Shown piece after piece: positions 14,205 through 27,251 of a stretch of 64,000 nt of DNA. The notes below the pieces were generated by a model. The model saw only the letters and a program-made list of their open reading frames with translations, had not been told where the DNA came from and ran no database searches. A program made the position numbers and the translations under genes. Positions within the stretch are counted from its first letter, which is position 1; each line of letters starts with the position of its first letter. The stretch comes from Xylographa opegraphella (taxonomy: Eukaryota): contig JALDZX010000026.1 of NCBI GenBank assembly GCA_022813865.1, positions 248,001 to 312,000 on the forward strand, written 5' to 3'.

Positions 14205-14804
14205 ATGCTTTACCGCAATTTTCTCGTCCCCGCTGTCTTGGCTATAGCTACCCTTGCCGTCGGTGCGTCTCTATTACTTGTTAAATCATTTGTTATCCTT
14301 TCCCATATAGCCAACTCCCTGGAATCATTTCTTTAGCTCTTCAATCGATCCCGGCCATAACTAATTCGTTCTGCCTTAGCTGCCCCAGCCATAGGCGACG
14401 ACTGGGTAGACTCCTCAGGAAACGCCGTAGGAGCCACCTCCGCGGACGCCATGGCCGCGGCGCGTGCAAGGACTGGAACAAGAGATGGGACAAACAGCCA
14501 CTTACCGCGCGGCTCACTTAGACCAGTAACAGCACATAAGCATGCGAAAGCCCCAAAAAATAAGGCCGCGCCACAGGGACCGACGGCGCAGGGGAAAGTG
14601 GCCGGACAGCGGAAGTATGACAGCAGTCAAGGCGCTTTCCTAGGGCCCAGTATCCCACCGAATTTACGTGCATTATCAGCCCGTGATCTTGAGGAGATCG
14701 TCGCGCGTGCGGTGCGGGACCACTACGATAGCCTTTCGCTACGCTCATATATCCCCGAAGACGGCTTGTATGCCCGGTCTTTGGGCTCCTATGATGAGCG
14801 TTAG
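14205..14804 (+). CDS. Small secreted protein (~160 aa), unknown function
   Basis: Exon 14205-14262 (MLYRNFLVPAVLAIATLAV) plus intron 14263-14379 (GTGCGT...CTAAT...TAG) gives signal peptide ending A-A-P, in frame with ORF 14451-14804. Confidence 0.72.
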
Positions 14805-16666
14805 GAGCGCGACGCCGAGCCAGAGGTCGATGGCATCTATGCTCGTGACTTCCAAGAACCAGGGTGGTGGTGTTTCGAGTAACGGGCGCGGAAGAATGGA
14901 CGTCCGGAGGCTGGTCCGTTTTCCTTCAGGCACTTAGGCTTAGTCTACAATCCTGTTCTGTCGTTATCTAGGTAGGTATCTACGTGGGTTTGTGGGGGGT
15001 TGTGGGGAGTAGTACAGACGAAACTGGCATACTCAGCGCAAGGATCGCTTCTTATTGATTTTCTTTCTTGTGAATGCGCTTAAATCTCTCAATTCGTGCG
15101 TTGCCACTTTCCTTCCAGAGAGCAATCAGCCGATCCGGTCATCCCCAACTCCCTTAACGCGCACTCTCTTAACCGCCAATCGTACTATTGGCGTCGGAGC
15201 CAAGCTGAATTATCGATTGTTCAACCTCTGCATGCAGCGCTGCAGCACTGAATGAACGCCCCATTTTGCAACATATTCTTCGCCACCGACTCAAGTACGT
15301 CGAGCACTGGCAAACTCCAGTTTCGAGACTACCGCCAAAGACATATTCCAGCGCACTCCAGACTCGAGTGCCAACTCCAGATCGAAGTGAGTCCAGGAGT
15401 TCAAAACACAGATATAGAGCGCCAAGCCATTTGCCGCAAAGGCTTATGATCCCAGCGCTTGCGGCTCGTCCTGCACCTCGGAAGCGGGGAGCTGAGTGTA
15501 GATGTTACCTTACCTACTGTTAGCGATCCTTTGCCCTCCGTCTCACGCACGAAACCACCGTTGGTAGGTAAGGTACCTAAGGCGCATACCCGACATCAGG
15601 GACTCGGGTAAACGCCCTGCTTCGTCTGACCGGCACCAAATTACCCCCTACCTTACGGAGGTAGATTCCATCCAGCCCGTGCCTCCCCCCTCCGCGCCTC
15701 ACAGCGTAGCCGCTTCCAACAACACCACCAAACCCACCCCGCCCAACCTCGCCTCCCGCGATCCTGCCATTCATATCAACAACCCCCATCCCGCATCCCT
15801 CATGGAACCCACTCACCCGCAGTTCCCCTAGAACCCCGCCGCGCAGGCAGGCAGGCCCGCACGCTCGCCATGGTTCTGTTACGGCCTCGACGCTAGATCT
15901 GAGCGGAGCCGCCAGCGACGCATATCACCCCTCTGGCTTTAGCTCTTGTGTTCGAAACGTTGCGGGTCGGAGGCATTGCGCTCATTAATGGGTTCGGGGA
16001 ATGGGCTGGCGGTGCGATACTACGGTGCCGGGAATTTTTGACTCCCGGCTCTAGTGTACGTGTTGAGCGCGTCGGGTCATGTAGTGCACAGAGAGGCAAA
16101 CGTGCTTGTAGGCGACGACGTTGGTCGGTGGTTCATAAGCCTCAGCTGGTGGATACGGAGACGGATGATAGAGTACAGCCGCGAGGCGAGATGACTTCTA
16201 GCCGATGGCGGCCTGTTTGATGCGTAGACTGGGCTCGTGATGCGGCGGGAGATGGGGGTGGCGTTAGCTGGGCGGATACCTCGTCCAGGTCGGCGATATT
16301 CGTGGGGGCAAGCTATTGGGAGGTAGGATGCTTATCGATCTGGTGGGCCCTTCGAAGACTTGGTCTCGAGGACGTCACTGCTGTAGGATGTGATGATTTG
16401 TGGCTGCTGGGTAGAATGGGAGATAGCCAACAGGTTTCCAGGTCTGGTTTAGCGGCATGGAAATCGCTAACGTGCTTGATATTCGATTGGTCCTGACGAT
16501 TGTATAACGAGAACCCACACTGAAAGTACACAGAAGTAGACATCTCCAACGCAAACAGATAGGCATCATAGCACTAGATACTCAAACATAAGATAATGCA
16601 TCCAACCACCCGCCCCTACCCATCCAGAACAGATCCACAACTCGCCCACAGAGGCCCCCCTCTCCA

Positions 16667-18955
16667 TCAAGCCGACCTCTTCCCATACGGCTCGAACGGA
16701 AACCCGGCCGCCACAATCGCCATCACAATATAAAGCCTAACCACCAAAAGATCAGCAACCATCCTCACCACAACAACAACAAAAACAAGCTCAAGCCCCA
16801 CTCACGCAGCACAGATATAAATCGGCACCGGCGTCGCCGTATTGGCATACACGCCCACGACGGCGCTGATGATGCCCATGATACGATTGAAGCTGACGCT
16901 GATGCCGTTGCCGGTGGCGCGGTGCGCCGACGGCAGCACCTCCGGGGTGTAGGCGTACAGCGTGCCGTAGTAGATGTTGAGGCAGAAGGAGATGGCGCAG
17001 TTGAAGCCGAGGTTCTGCGCCCCCGTGCGGACCTGCGTGTAGGCGAAGAAGAAGACCATGGTGATCAGGGCGCCGATGACCATGGTGCCGCGGCGGCCGA
17101 GGAGGCGGAGGTTGCAGAGGAAGCCTGGGGAGGAGTTAGAGCGTGTGATGGAATGAAAGGGGTGGGATGGAAGGTGGGAGTGCGTTGGGGAGGAAGGCTG
17201 ACCGGCAAGGACGGGGCCCCAGACACCACACCTAGTGGAAGACCTTGGATTAGCATTTCTTTAGAAGCGTAGGGTATGTAATGAAGCGACAAGTCTCAGG
17301 GGTACTTTCAACGATGCCTACACGGCTCAAGCACCAGAGCGGATCCGGAAACATGTCTCCAAGCTTAGAAGTACATCTGGACATAAATCAGAAACTCCGA
17401 AGTTATACATACATATTCACGATAGCATAATTGCGCCAGGTCGTATAGTTGGAGCTGTCGCCAGTCTGAGCACCGCGCGTAGCTAAATAAGTTGGTAGGA
17501 AGACATTGTACAACGGGTAGGCAAGGCCAATGAGGGTCCACGAAAACCAGATCAAGCAAGTACTGATGGCGAGTTTGCGGGTCAAGAATAGCCCTTTCCA
17601 GTGGATGGTAAATTCGCTAACGCTGAGCTTACCCTTTGCTCCCGTTGCGGTCTGTACTTGGCCACATGCGCGAAGTTGTGCGGCCGTGAGCGTGCAAGGG
17701 CGATTGTATTTCGTTGCCATCCACTGGAGTGTTTCCGCAACTTTGTCGTCCTCGTTCTGGCCAAGACAGTATTTGGGTGTTTCTTTGAGTCTAATCACCG
17801 TCACTCGGGCAATGCTCATGGCGAAGACCAGAGCGCCGCAAGTGTACATGAGGTATCGCCAGCCCATGTTATTCGATTCGTTGCACACCCCCTTAGCTGG
17901 ACAAGAGTAGTCGCTCATGAATGGCCATGCGATGAGTCCGGCTACCATCTGGCCAATTCCCCACCAACAGGCAAGTAATGTCAATAGCCATTGCTTGCTA
18001 GACGGCAGGTACTCTAAGAAAACTGTGGTATCAAGGATCAAATTCCCACCTCCGCCGAAAGCCGAGAGAGCAATGAAAAGGGCAAGGGAATTGTAGGTAG
18101 GCGCCGCTCCTGCTGCTATAGTGAAGACCGAGCAGATGAGTAATGAGACATTGAACGCCCATTTACGCCCGATCACATCCGCAGTCAGGCCCCAAAACAA
18201 GGCACCTAGAAGTAATCCGATGTAGAGGGCCATGGTAAGTCCTGCCTTGAATGGAGGACTGAATTGGAGGTTGACTTGTCCTTGAATGATTGACTAAGGA
18301 TGTAAGCACAAACCACTCTTCGAATCCGGGCGAGAGAATGACCTGGAGTAGTAGCAGAAGTGAGTCGACAGCATATCTATACGGTTAGTAACTTGTAAGG
18401 ACAAGATATTATGACACCTACCCGAAGCCATTGAGCACGAAAAGTTTGTAATGATACCCCGTCCACCCTATTCCATCGATTGCCTATCCGAGACGTTCAG
18501 TAGGTGTGACTTAAACAGGCAAATTTGTATCGTGCAATTTCTAGCAGTCACGATTGTTGCTGGCGTCTCGATAAGCCTCGGCTGATATCCAAGATAGTTC
18601 AGACAGCATTTGTGGTTCACAGGAGATTACAAACGCTTCAATACAAGGTACTTGAGGCTTTCACGAATTCATGACTTGAAAGGTATCGAAGCACAGTGAA
18701 TACGAAATGCATTCCAAGATTTCGACCACAAACAGGACTTTGATTTGATCTTACATTGTTAACAAGGTGCATCTTCGCATTCAGAGCAGGATCCAAACTC
18801 TCCAGCGTGAAGATTTCCTCCTTGCCATAGGACAAATTGTCAGACGATAACGATGCAGCATAGCCATTCGCCGTAGTCCCCTTCTCATGCTCGCTTTCCG
18901 CCGTCTTTTGGCCGAGAGCCGTAGGCTCTGACTTGGTGTTCATCGACCTAGACAT
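16667..18955 (-). CDS. MFS transporter (SV2/SVOP-like sugar-porter-related family)
   Basis: Multi-exon; AIDGIGWTGYHYKLFVLNGFGYAVDS, MFS motif A ADVIGRK, ETPKY, GRRGTM, YTPEVLPSAHRATG; includes a 29-nt microexon 17203-17231; ends PFEPYGKRSA*. Confidence 0.88.
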
Positions 18956-19799
18956 TAGCTATTTCGACACCGTTTCGTATAAGATGCCTAAAGGATGCGA
19001 ATAGTAATAATACGACTTCTCCAAGTTGCGAAAAATGGCAATGGTCGAAGATATCTCGTGTGACATGCAAACTCCTAGTCTCGCAGATCCCACGCACTAA
19101 GCTGCTGCTGCAGTGGCCAGGATAGCACCGTGGCAGATGTACATCACAGATGCAGGGTGCTTCCTGCCGGGCTTGTCCGCCCCTCATAGGGAGCACCCTC
19201 ACAGACGAAACTCACGTCGCTCCAACCCACGACAAGCACTACATGAGGCGGAATCAAGCGACTTCCTAGGGACTTTAAACTGCACAAGAGCACGCTGCCA
19301 ACGGGCTCTCGCACAAAACTAGAGTATCTAGGTCCTTGGTATCTGCCATGAGCACCGCCCGCTGCTTCCGAGGTCCGTGGTCATTGGCCAAAGATCGAAG
19401 CGTTGGATTTGAGTCGAATGACAAGCAGGCCAAGGGAAACGTGGTGGTGAAAGTCCCAATCATTGGCTTCGGCCAGCTTCAACGACGCTATTTGTCACAC
19501 ACGGTGCGGAGTAGCATCACAGGGTAGGTAAGAGCTGGATAGACCGAATGGGGCTTGGGACAGGACCCTGCCAAGGAGGTATCAGGGCAAGTTCCCGTCA
19601 GTTACGACGTAATCAGGGACGGGAGAAAAGATTGGTTCCTTCCCGAGTACGTTTGACTGCGTTCATAGTACGGAGCACGGGAAATTCGCCTCGCCCTGCT
19701 TTTGTGCGTGAAAAGGTCCACCGCTACCGAATCTCAGACACAGCTCAGCAAAAGAGCATCGTTCCCATCCTCCCATCCCTCCCATTTCACGTTCTCCCT

Positions 19800-22700
19800 T
19801 CACAACCACACCCCCTCCAACAACCCCTCAAACTCCCATTCCGCTTCCAGCCCCGCCCTCGCCATTCCCTCCGCCCGCTTCCAGCTCCCCAGCTCCTTCC
19901 ACCGTTTCAGGACATCCCCGTCCAGCATCACCCGGCCCCCTACCGTATTGTCCGCCTCTGCGCTCCGGTATGCGCGCGGGTTGAGCCCAAGCGGGTGCGG
20001 TAGCGTGTTCGTAAGGAAGGCTTGCATAGCCGCCAAGGTGCGATACGCGGATGGAGTTAGCGAGCTGAGGAGTGAGATGGCGCCGTTCTGCGACGTGAGC
20101 AGGATCTGGTGCAGGGAAGCGGGTGTGTCGTTGGGGGAGACAGAGCGGGCGCGTCCGTCGGCCAGGGGGTCTGATACCGTGCGGCCGCCTAGGAGGGTCA
20201 TGGTGGTGGGATAGCCGCCGGTGTTGATGTTGCTGAGGTGAAGGAGACGTTGGCCCATGAGGGACTTCGGGTCTGGGTGGTTTTCAGTATGACGGGCTAG
20301 CCTTGGAGGCTTCTGGCGGAGCAGCACTTACTGTGAGGATCGAACTGGAAGACGTGTAGCTCACCTTCCGCGTCCCCAACAACTATGTAGAGATCTTTGC
20401 CGTGCGGCAGGAACTCGGCAGCTACGACTTCGAGATGTTGCGCGCTCTTGCCAAATAGTCGTAGCTGGTAGGGATCTTCCTACTACCGGTTAGCCATTGG
20501 GTGCAGCATACATTTATTGCTCTTGTACCAGATAGCCAGTCAACCACACGCCCTTTAACGCATCTGCCATGATACACAGTCCTGAGCCCGCTAACTCCTT
20601 CGCCACCGTAACATAACACTGTACGTCTATGAACGCCACCGGGAGAAGTGTACCATCTTCTTTCAGACCGCGGACCATACATTTCTGCCCCTGAGCCACG
20701 AGAAGGAAGCCTTCGGTCCCGACTTCGGAAATCGACGTGACTGCGCCCTTGACTTCCTCCCTGGCGATCAACTTCAGCTTGCGGCCTGTTCCCAGGAGTT
20801 CAGGGTCTGGCACAACCTCGATGATGTCGAAGACATAGATACGGCCTTTGGCGCCGATGTCCTCGCCGAGAAGGACAGATGTGCCGACTACAATCAGGGA
20901 CCGGCGGACATGGCTGATTTCGGAGACTTCGAGAGACATGGTCTTGATGCACATTACGATCTCGCCAGTGTCGAGTGGATATCTGGGCACATTAGCATTC
21001 ATACTAGCTTAAGGGGAGCTTGCGTACGTGTCGGTGATTGTCCCGCTGGATGGCGTCAAAATTTCGATTGAGCCCTGTTCGATTTGAGGCAGAAAATGAA
21101 TGTCTGTCAATTTCAATTAGCAATGGAGTCAGTTGGTGAGTTCTGCTCTACCTTCGTGGGACCATTCAGGATGTAGCTCGTCGTCTGGTAGCTTAAAGTT
21201 CGCGATCTCGCCGACACCAAGGACATAACGGTCAGTCGTGGCGTGATAGTCGAACGCAACTATGTTCTTGCCACCAAAAAGTGTCTCTGCAACCCATCCA
21301 GTGGAAAAGTCGGCATACGGGGGAAGCTGAGCGGCCGATATAGCTCCCTAGAGAAGTCAGCCAGTGCTCGTACCTTGCAGTGTGACATCCATACCATGTC
21401 GTCAGCAGAAAGATAGCCTCGTCTACAATCGATGGTATGGAAGCTGGCGAAGCTCTTCGTACTCTTACTACCAAGAGGAATGATCTGCATTGCAGCAGAT
21501 GCGATCTTAATAACTAAGCATGGTGAGACTCCAGCTCGAAAGACAGTGCTGTAGCCTCCAACATCCTGTATAGCTCGAAGTTTCTGGACAGGGTAATTCT
21601 GGCCGTCGAGAACATTGGAAGTAATCGTGTTCGATAATCCCAAAGCGGGTACCTTCGCAAACCGTAACGATGATGCGGAAACCCCGTCAATCGCTGACTG
21701 ATAAGGGTAATAGATTGTGACATCGTCGTTTGCAGACCGGAGCTATGAAAAATCAGAACTGACTCTCGCAGACGATAGATAAAGTACCCACTATCATGTA
21801 TGGCGTTTTCGTGACATTGTCTCCAAGCTCGGCGACCAAAATCTCTACCAGTGGTTCCCGGGCCGAAGACCGACGTATCATAAAATCTTCGGACAGGAAC
21901 GGCGGAAGAAAGCTCAGTCCGTTGGCGCTGTATACTGGGCGACTCAGGTCGGAAGCCTTGTATATCTAGAAGCTGTCAGCAAAGGCCAGAACAAGACTGA
22001 ATATATTGAATCGCACCTGCAATCCACCGTTGGCATTCAGTAAAAATACAAGGACGCTACTTGCTTCATCGTCCGCTTCCTCCTCCTCGCCAGCAAGACG
22101 GAACACATCATTCGAGTCATCGAAGATTGAGATGGATAGCCACGCAGTACTTGACAGAACGTCGCCTTGCTCGACTTCCTCCAGCTCCCCCGAATCATCC
22201 GCTTTCAATAGCATTGTTTTGGAATCATCGCGCAATAGCAACACATAAGGCTCTGCGAAGCTTGCGGCCACTATCCTTGGGTCTTCAGGCGTAGGATCCT
22301 CGGAGATTGGAAAGATTTGAGCAAGGCTCAAGTCTACAAATGGTCAGTCCTGGCATAATCAAGTCACAGCTAATGCCACAATATAATGCACGGTACGAGT
22401 GAAGAGGTAAAGCCGTTGTTTTATTGATACTATGGAATAGTAACTCGTTCGACAGAGCGATCCTGACTGTTGCAGAGTATGGATCGTCGATCTTTGCAAG
22501 CTCTGTTTCATACCAGCCATCCGCGTGGCTCTCATATAATCTTCGTACCACGAGTGAATTCCCATCTCCCAGACACTGCATGAATGTAATCGCCAAATCA
22601 CCATGAAACAGGCGAGGAAGAAATACACTGACTCACCATCATCATAGGCTCTAATCTCGGTCTTCAGTACTTGGACAATCCGCGTTCCGCCATTCAAAGT

Positions 22701-24656
22701 CCCTAATGCAACGGTAGCTCCAGCGCTAGAGTCGAAGTCGCTGTCAAGGAGCTCTGTTGGGGGATCTGTGCGCAATGTATGTGCATGGGATTGCTCTTCT
22801 CCGGCATCAGTAACGACCGAGGTTATGATTACATTATCGTAATCATCTGTTGGTTGAGAGGACTCAGCAGCCGGGTTTTTTACTGCCACAGACCATGTGG
22901 CCTGTACATTTCCAAGATCAAATCGATGTTTGACTTGTGGCGAGACTCCCATCCTTAATTTCGTAAGCTTACCTGACTTTCCGTGGCCCATGGCAGCCAC
23001 AAGCTCAAGCTTATTGGGCACATGTTCTTGGGACGAACGTTCAGTAAATATAGAGCTTTGCCCATCCAGGACCCTGAGATTACCTAAAGGCGCCAGATTA
23101 ATGAGAGAGTCATGAATTCGGAATACATATTCATCTATCTCGGTGTCAGTCGGCGATGAAGTAGGTTGTGCTGATAGGTGTCCATCTGGCTTCTCATTGA
23201 AATAGAGATCATCCTCGTCTTCTGCCTCCTCCTCGTCTTCATCGTTCTCAGCATCCAACAACATTGCATCAGCATGGCCATTAGCTTCAGTAACAGAGCG
23301 TTGCCTCTTTAGCTTCATCGACCTTGACGTCCAACCTATGACCGCTGAATCATTCTCTTCACTGCCAATGAAAATTCTACCACGACCGATTCCTGTGGTA
23401 CAAGAAGCCGCAGATGATAACATGTGCCCGCCATTCTGCTCTTGAACAAGCCGGATCGACAAACCAGAGACCGATCTGCCATCTACCGTGAAGCGAAGGA
23501 TAGCTAGCTCACCCGATCTTAGAATAATCAGCATATCACCGTTTGGATTACCGAGATGCTCAATAGCACAGCCCTCTAATCGGAGCGCCAAATCTGGCTG
23601 AGATGGCAATGGAAATGAGACATTTCTCCGCGCAAAATCGTTGACTGCAATTCCGTTTGCCTTCCCTGCTTGATCTACATGTATGAGTTCGTTGCATCCG
23701 ATCAGCAATGCTCCCCCAATTGGCGTAGATAGCGGAAGGATGGTGTAAATATCGTACGGTAGGCCAGTGACAGATAGCAAAGTCGTTGACGCCCGCTGCT
23801 CCAAATCCAAGGTGTACACGGCGTACGACAATATATTTCGTCTTTCGTGAAGAGCAGAAGACGCGGCCAAACGTGAAGACAGCACGCCAAATGTTGGTTC
23901 TCGATATTCGTGCAGAAAACTAAGGTGAACAACATGCATCAATCCTGGATCCAATGCCAACAAAGAAAGCACGAATGAACCCCTGTACGGTGTCAAATGA
24001 TGGTTGTCGCCATTCGGCTGCTTCTGAGACGACTTGGTAAGTCCAGATTGGTCATCACTGTCGCCACTATCAAAATCATCCATCACCAACTCATCCCCAG
24101 CCTGATGAAATGGCAATATTGCAACATGGCGGGCGCCAAATTTGAGGGCGGCGCATCGACTGCTTGGGTCGGTCGTCAACTGGTTGTGACACTGAGCATT
24201 ATCCTGAGTCCAAGGTGCCACTTGGATATCGTCTCGCTCGTAGAAGTGGACCGAAATCGTGGATATGCTGTATTGTTCTGGATCCCATTCAATTAGACTG
24301 AGCTTTGCATCCTTGGAGGCGACCAGCACAGCTTCTCCACCAGAAGCCGACCTCAAAGTCTTCACCCGACCTAAGCCAATGATGGTTCCCGCAAGATCAT
24401 ACTGGGCTATGAGAACGAGCTTAGTTGTCTGAACTCGATCCCTTGCAGAGCCTTTGGCGCCAGATGTCCTCCTCTCATGCCCATTGGGTATACTAGCAAC
24501 CTTCTCAACAGCATTTGATATGACAGTCTTGAAAGAGTAGATCTGAAGTAAAGATGACTTCGCGACGACTAAATTGTTGGCGGAAGCTGAGAGGAAGGGA
24601 AGAGAAATGGCGTGGGTAACGGCCGTTGGCGGCGCTAGCTGTGTATAACACTGCAT
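19800..24656 (-). CDS. CFT1: Cleavage and polyadenylation factor subunit CPSF160/Cft1
   Basis: [16 protein letters not shown] start, [73 protein letters not shown]; about 8 introns including the 303-nt intron 22334-22636. Confidence 0.94.
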
Positions 24657-25060
24657 TTAAGAGGGCAAACTGAGTTACAGCGGAAACGTAGTAAGCAGCA
24701 TCTACACCAGTAGTCAATTGACGTGCGGACAGATAGAAGGAAAGGACAGTGGCTACAAATTTAATGGAGAAAGTTATCCAGTAACGCGACTCGCGACAAA
24801 CGGCTACAAGCGTCCGGTAGGGCCAGGGCTAGGATATTCTGCGGGTAAACTAAATTAGACCTCGAGTACGAGTACAGTACCGCGAGTAGCGCCAAGTAGC
24901 CCTAAGCACAAATTGCACCAATCAAATAGACTTACATCTTTTCAATACCAGTCAATTAAAGCACTGAATAAGGTACCCAAAGTCAGCCAATTCCGATTGA
25001 GTGAGGGGTGGCTCATTTGTACTGAAATAGATTGGTCTACGTGCTCGCATAACTACAGGA

Positions 25061-26103
25061 CTACCGCCGCTTATACTTGACCCATCGATGTGTTCTTTCA
25101 TCGTATCCGGCCTCCTTTCCCATATGACCTTCTTTCCAACACTTAGCACAGTATAGATCTCCATCGCAACCCAAGCATCTGACTGTTGCGTCATCATTGC
25201 ATATCACGCACCACGCCTCAATATCTTGATCACTATACTGTGGCATCCTAGCATTGGCACTTGAGGTGGTCAAGCTACGCTGTGGCGCTGTAGTTGGGGC
25301 AGATGGTAGGTCAAGAGCTGGCATAGATTCGTCCTCCATAGATTCATGTGAGTCCAAAGGAATTGAGCTCGGTACAGAAGGCATATCTAATCCGGGCGGC
25401 GCTTGTCCCACCGTAGGCAAGTTTTGAGGTGACGAATACCCAGATACGCTATCCTCGTCGTCGTGCGAGGGATCGTTGATGGTGTCATCATGCTCTTCAA
25501 TCTGGAGCTCATCCAAGATCTGCTGCAAGTAAATAGCAGCTTCTTCATCTTCCGTTTGGGCTGGCGAAGCCTCAGGGTCCGCCTCCGAGGTTAAGGGTGG
25601 AGCGCCAGGAGAAGGCATCTGCGCGACAGGCTTTGAATTTGTAAAACTTTGTGGAGATCTCTCCTGATATGTACTCAACGAGGGCTCTTCCAACTGTGAG
25701 AGTGCCAGTCTAGCCTCAATGAGGAGCTTATGCATCTCATTTGGCTCCTCGGGGTTCTGGGTCCATTGATCATCAGGGCCAATTTCAGCCAACAGGTCTT
25801 CAACTGTCTTGCCATCATCTTCATCCTGCTCCGATCGTGGACCAGAATGCAAGTGAGGCTCCCCAACACCAGCTAGATCGCGGGAACGATCGACCAGGCG
25901 ATCCAGGCCTATATTCAGGGCCGGACTCACCCCTGAACTTGTCTCGGTCGAGGATATGCTAGATTAATGTCTTTATTTCAGGAACTTGGAAAAGCCGTAG
26001 ATCGAATGGCTCACTTTTTCGACCCGAAGCTTACATTTGACGCTTTCAGTGCATTTAGACGTGCAAGCAATGCATTATCATAGTCCGAAGAGTCGTCCGG
26101 CAT
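25061..26103 (-). CDS. ANCHR/ZFYVE19-like protein with C-terminal B-box-type zinc finger, no FYVE domain
   Basis: Exon 1 26015-26103, intron 25959-26014; C-terminus WCVICNDDATVRCLGCDGDLYCAKCWKEGH...H resembles the ZFYVE19 C-terminal B-box. Confidence 0.75.
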
Positions 26104-26606
26104 AATTGGATCTCAAGTAGTCCGTAAAATCGTCGCTATCTCGAAGAATATGAGAGACAGAGTGATATGGAAGATAACGCACAAATGAGAGTAGAAAATC
26201 GAAGACAAACAACTACCATGCTCTTCGTCCCTCAAGAATTGTGTTTCTAAATGAATTTCTCGGGGACACGTTAGTCTAACTGTGGCTTATCCTACCCGGG
26301 GAAGCAGGTCACTGCGTTGGGTCGGAATGTGTAGATTGGGTAACTTATACGGAGTACATCATAGCCAAAATATTATGTTAAGCAGGTGCTGTAGATCTTC
26401 AATTTCCGAACATCTGTATCTGTTTTAACATCTGCTCTGAATTGGACGGTCCCATTGAAGGGCTATCTTTCTCAATAGAACTTCCAATATTTTCACTTGT
26501 TTACAATTTCATATTTGCTTCACAACAATTCAGAATAATTCTTTATTTTACCTATCAATACTGCGAGGCCAAAGAATTTTGCACCAGGATAACACTCGTC
26601 GAAAAG

Positions 26607-27251
26607 ATGACTGGGGGGGCTCAACCCACAACTGCCAGCTTTCAAACCACAGCGTCAACAGCGTCCTCCTCTGGATCCCAAACCTCGAGAAGCCCGGACC
26701 CCATCACGAGTAAGACCTCATCCGAACACGCCGAGTCTCAACAACCCATCACTCCTGTTCAGGCCCAGGACAAAGACCCCCGCGAGCTCACCCCGTCCGA
26801 AGAGCCCAACATCGACATCGAAGAGTTCGACTGGGCCGGCCTCGAACAGCGATACCACGCCGAGATGCAAGCCTGCGCCGCCACAGAAGCGGCTCTTTTC
26901 GAGGAGTTCAACCAGGCGATACGAGTAAGCTGCCATCCAGCTAGTCCCACCACTCCCTCCTCAACTCTGTATTCATAGTTATTCGAGAGCTGGGCGTCTG
27001 TCACCACCACGCACGAGAACGATCGGTCGTACAAGAGGTACGTCGCCAAATTCAAAGCTGCATGACTGAACTTACCACCGCGAAGGCTCAAAACCCGGAT
27101 ATGTTACGTGCAAGGGGACGAGCAGCGCCTGGAGAAGAAACGGCAGCATCGTGAGATCTGATTTCTCAATCACCGACCACGCTAAACGTGCACAGATACG
27201 AAGGTGGTCGCGGCCTTTGAGAGTGCACTTGCGCTGCTGCGCGAGCCGTAA
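26607..27251 (+). CDS. Conserved-looking fungal hypothetical protein (helical C-terminus)
   Basis: Three GT-AG introns give a continuous frame: FDWAGLEQRYHAEM...FNQAIR|LFESWASVTTTHENDRSYKR|LKTRICYVQGDEQRLEKKRQH|HTKVVAAFESALALLREP*. Confidence 0.75.

Noticed and set aside
18485..18754. ~270-nt first intron of the MFS transporter as a TPP riboswitch
   Set aside because: TGAACTATCTTGGATATCAGC only loosely resembles the aptamer, and the conserved TGAGA element is absent.
19449..19556. RNase MRP-like motifs GAAAGTCCCA and AATGGGGCTT
   Set aside because: Only ~90 nt apart, imperfect P4 pairing, and no GARAR P8 loop or CR-IV; likely chance.
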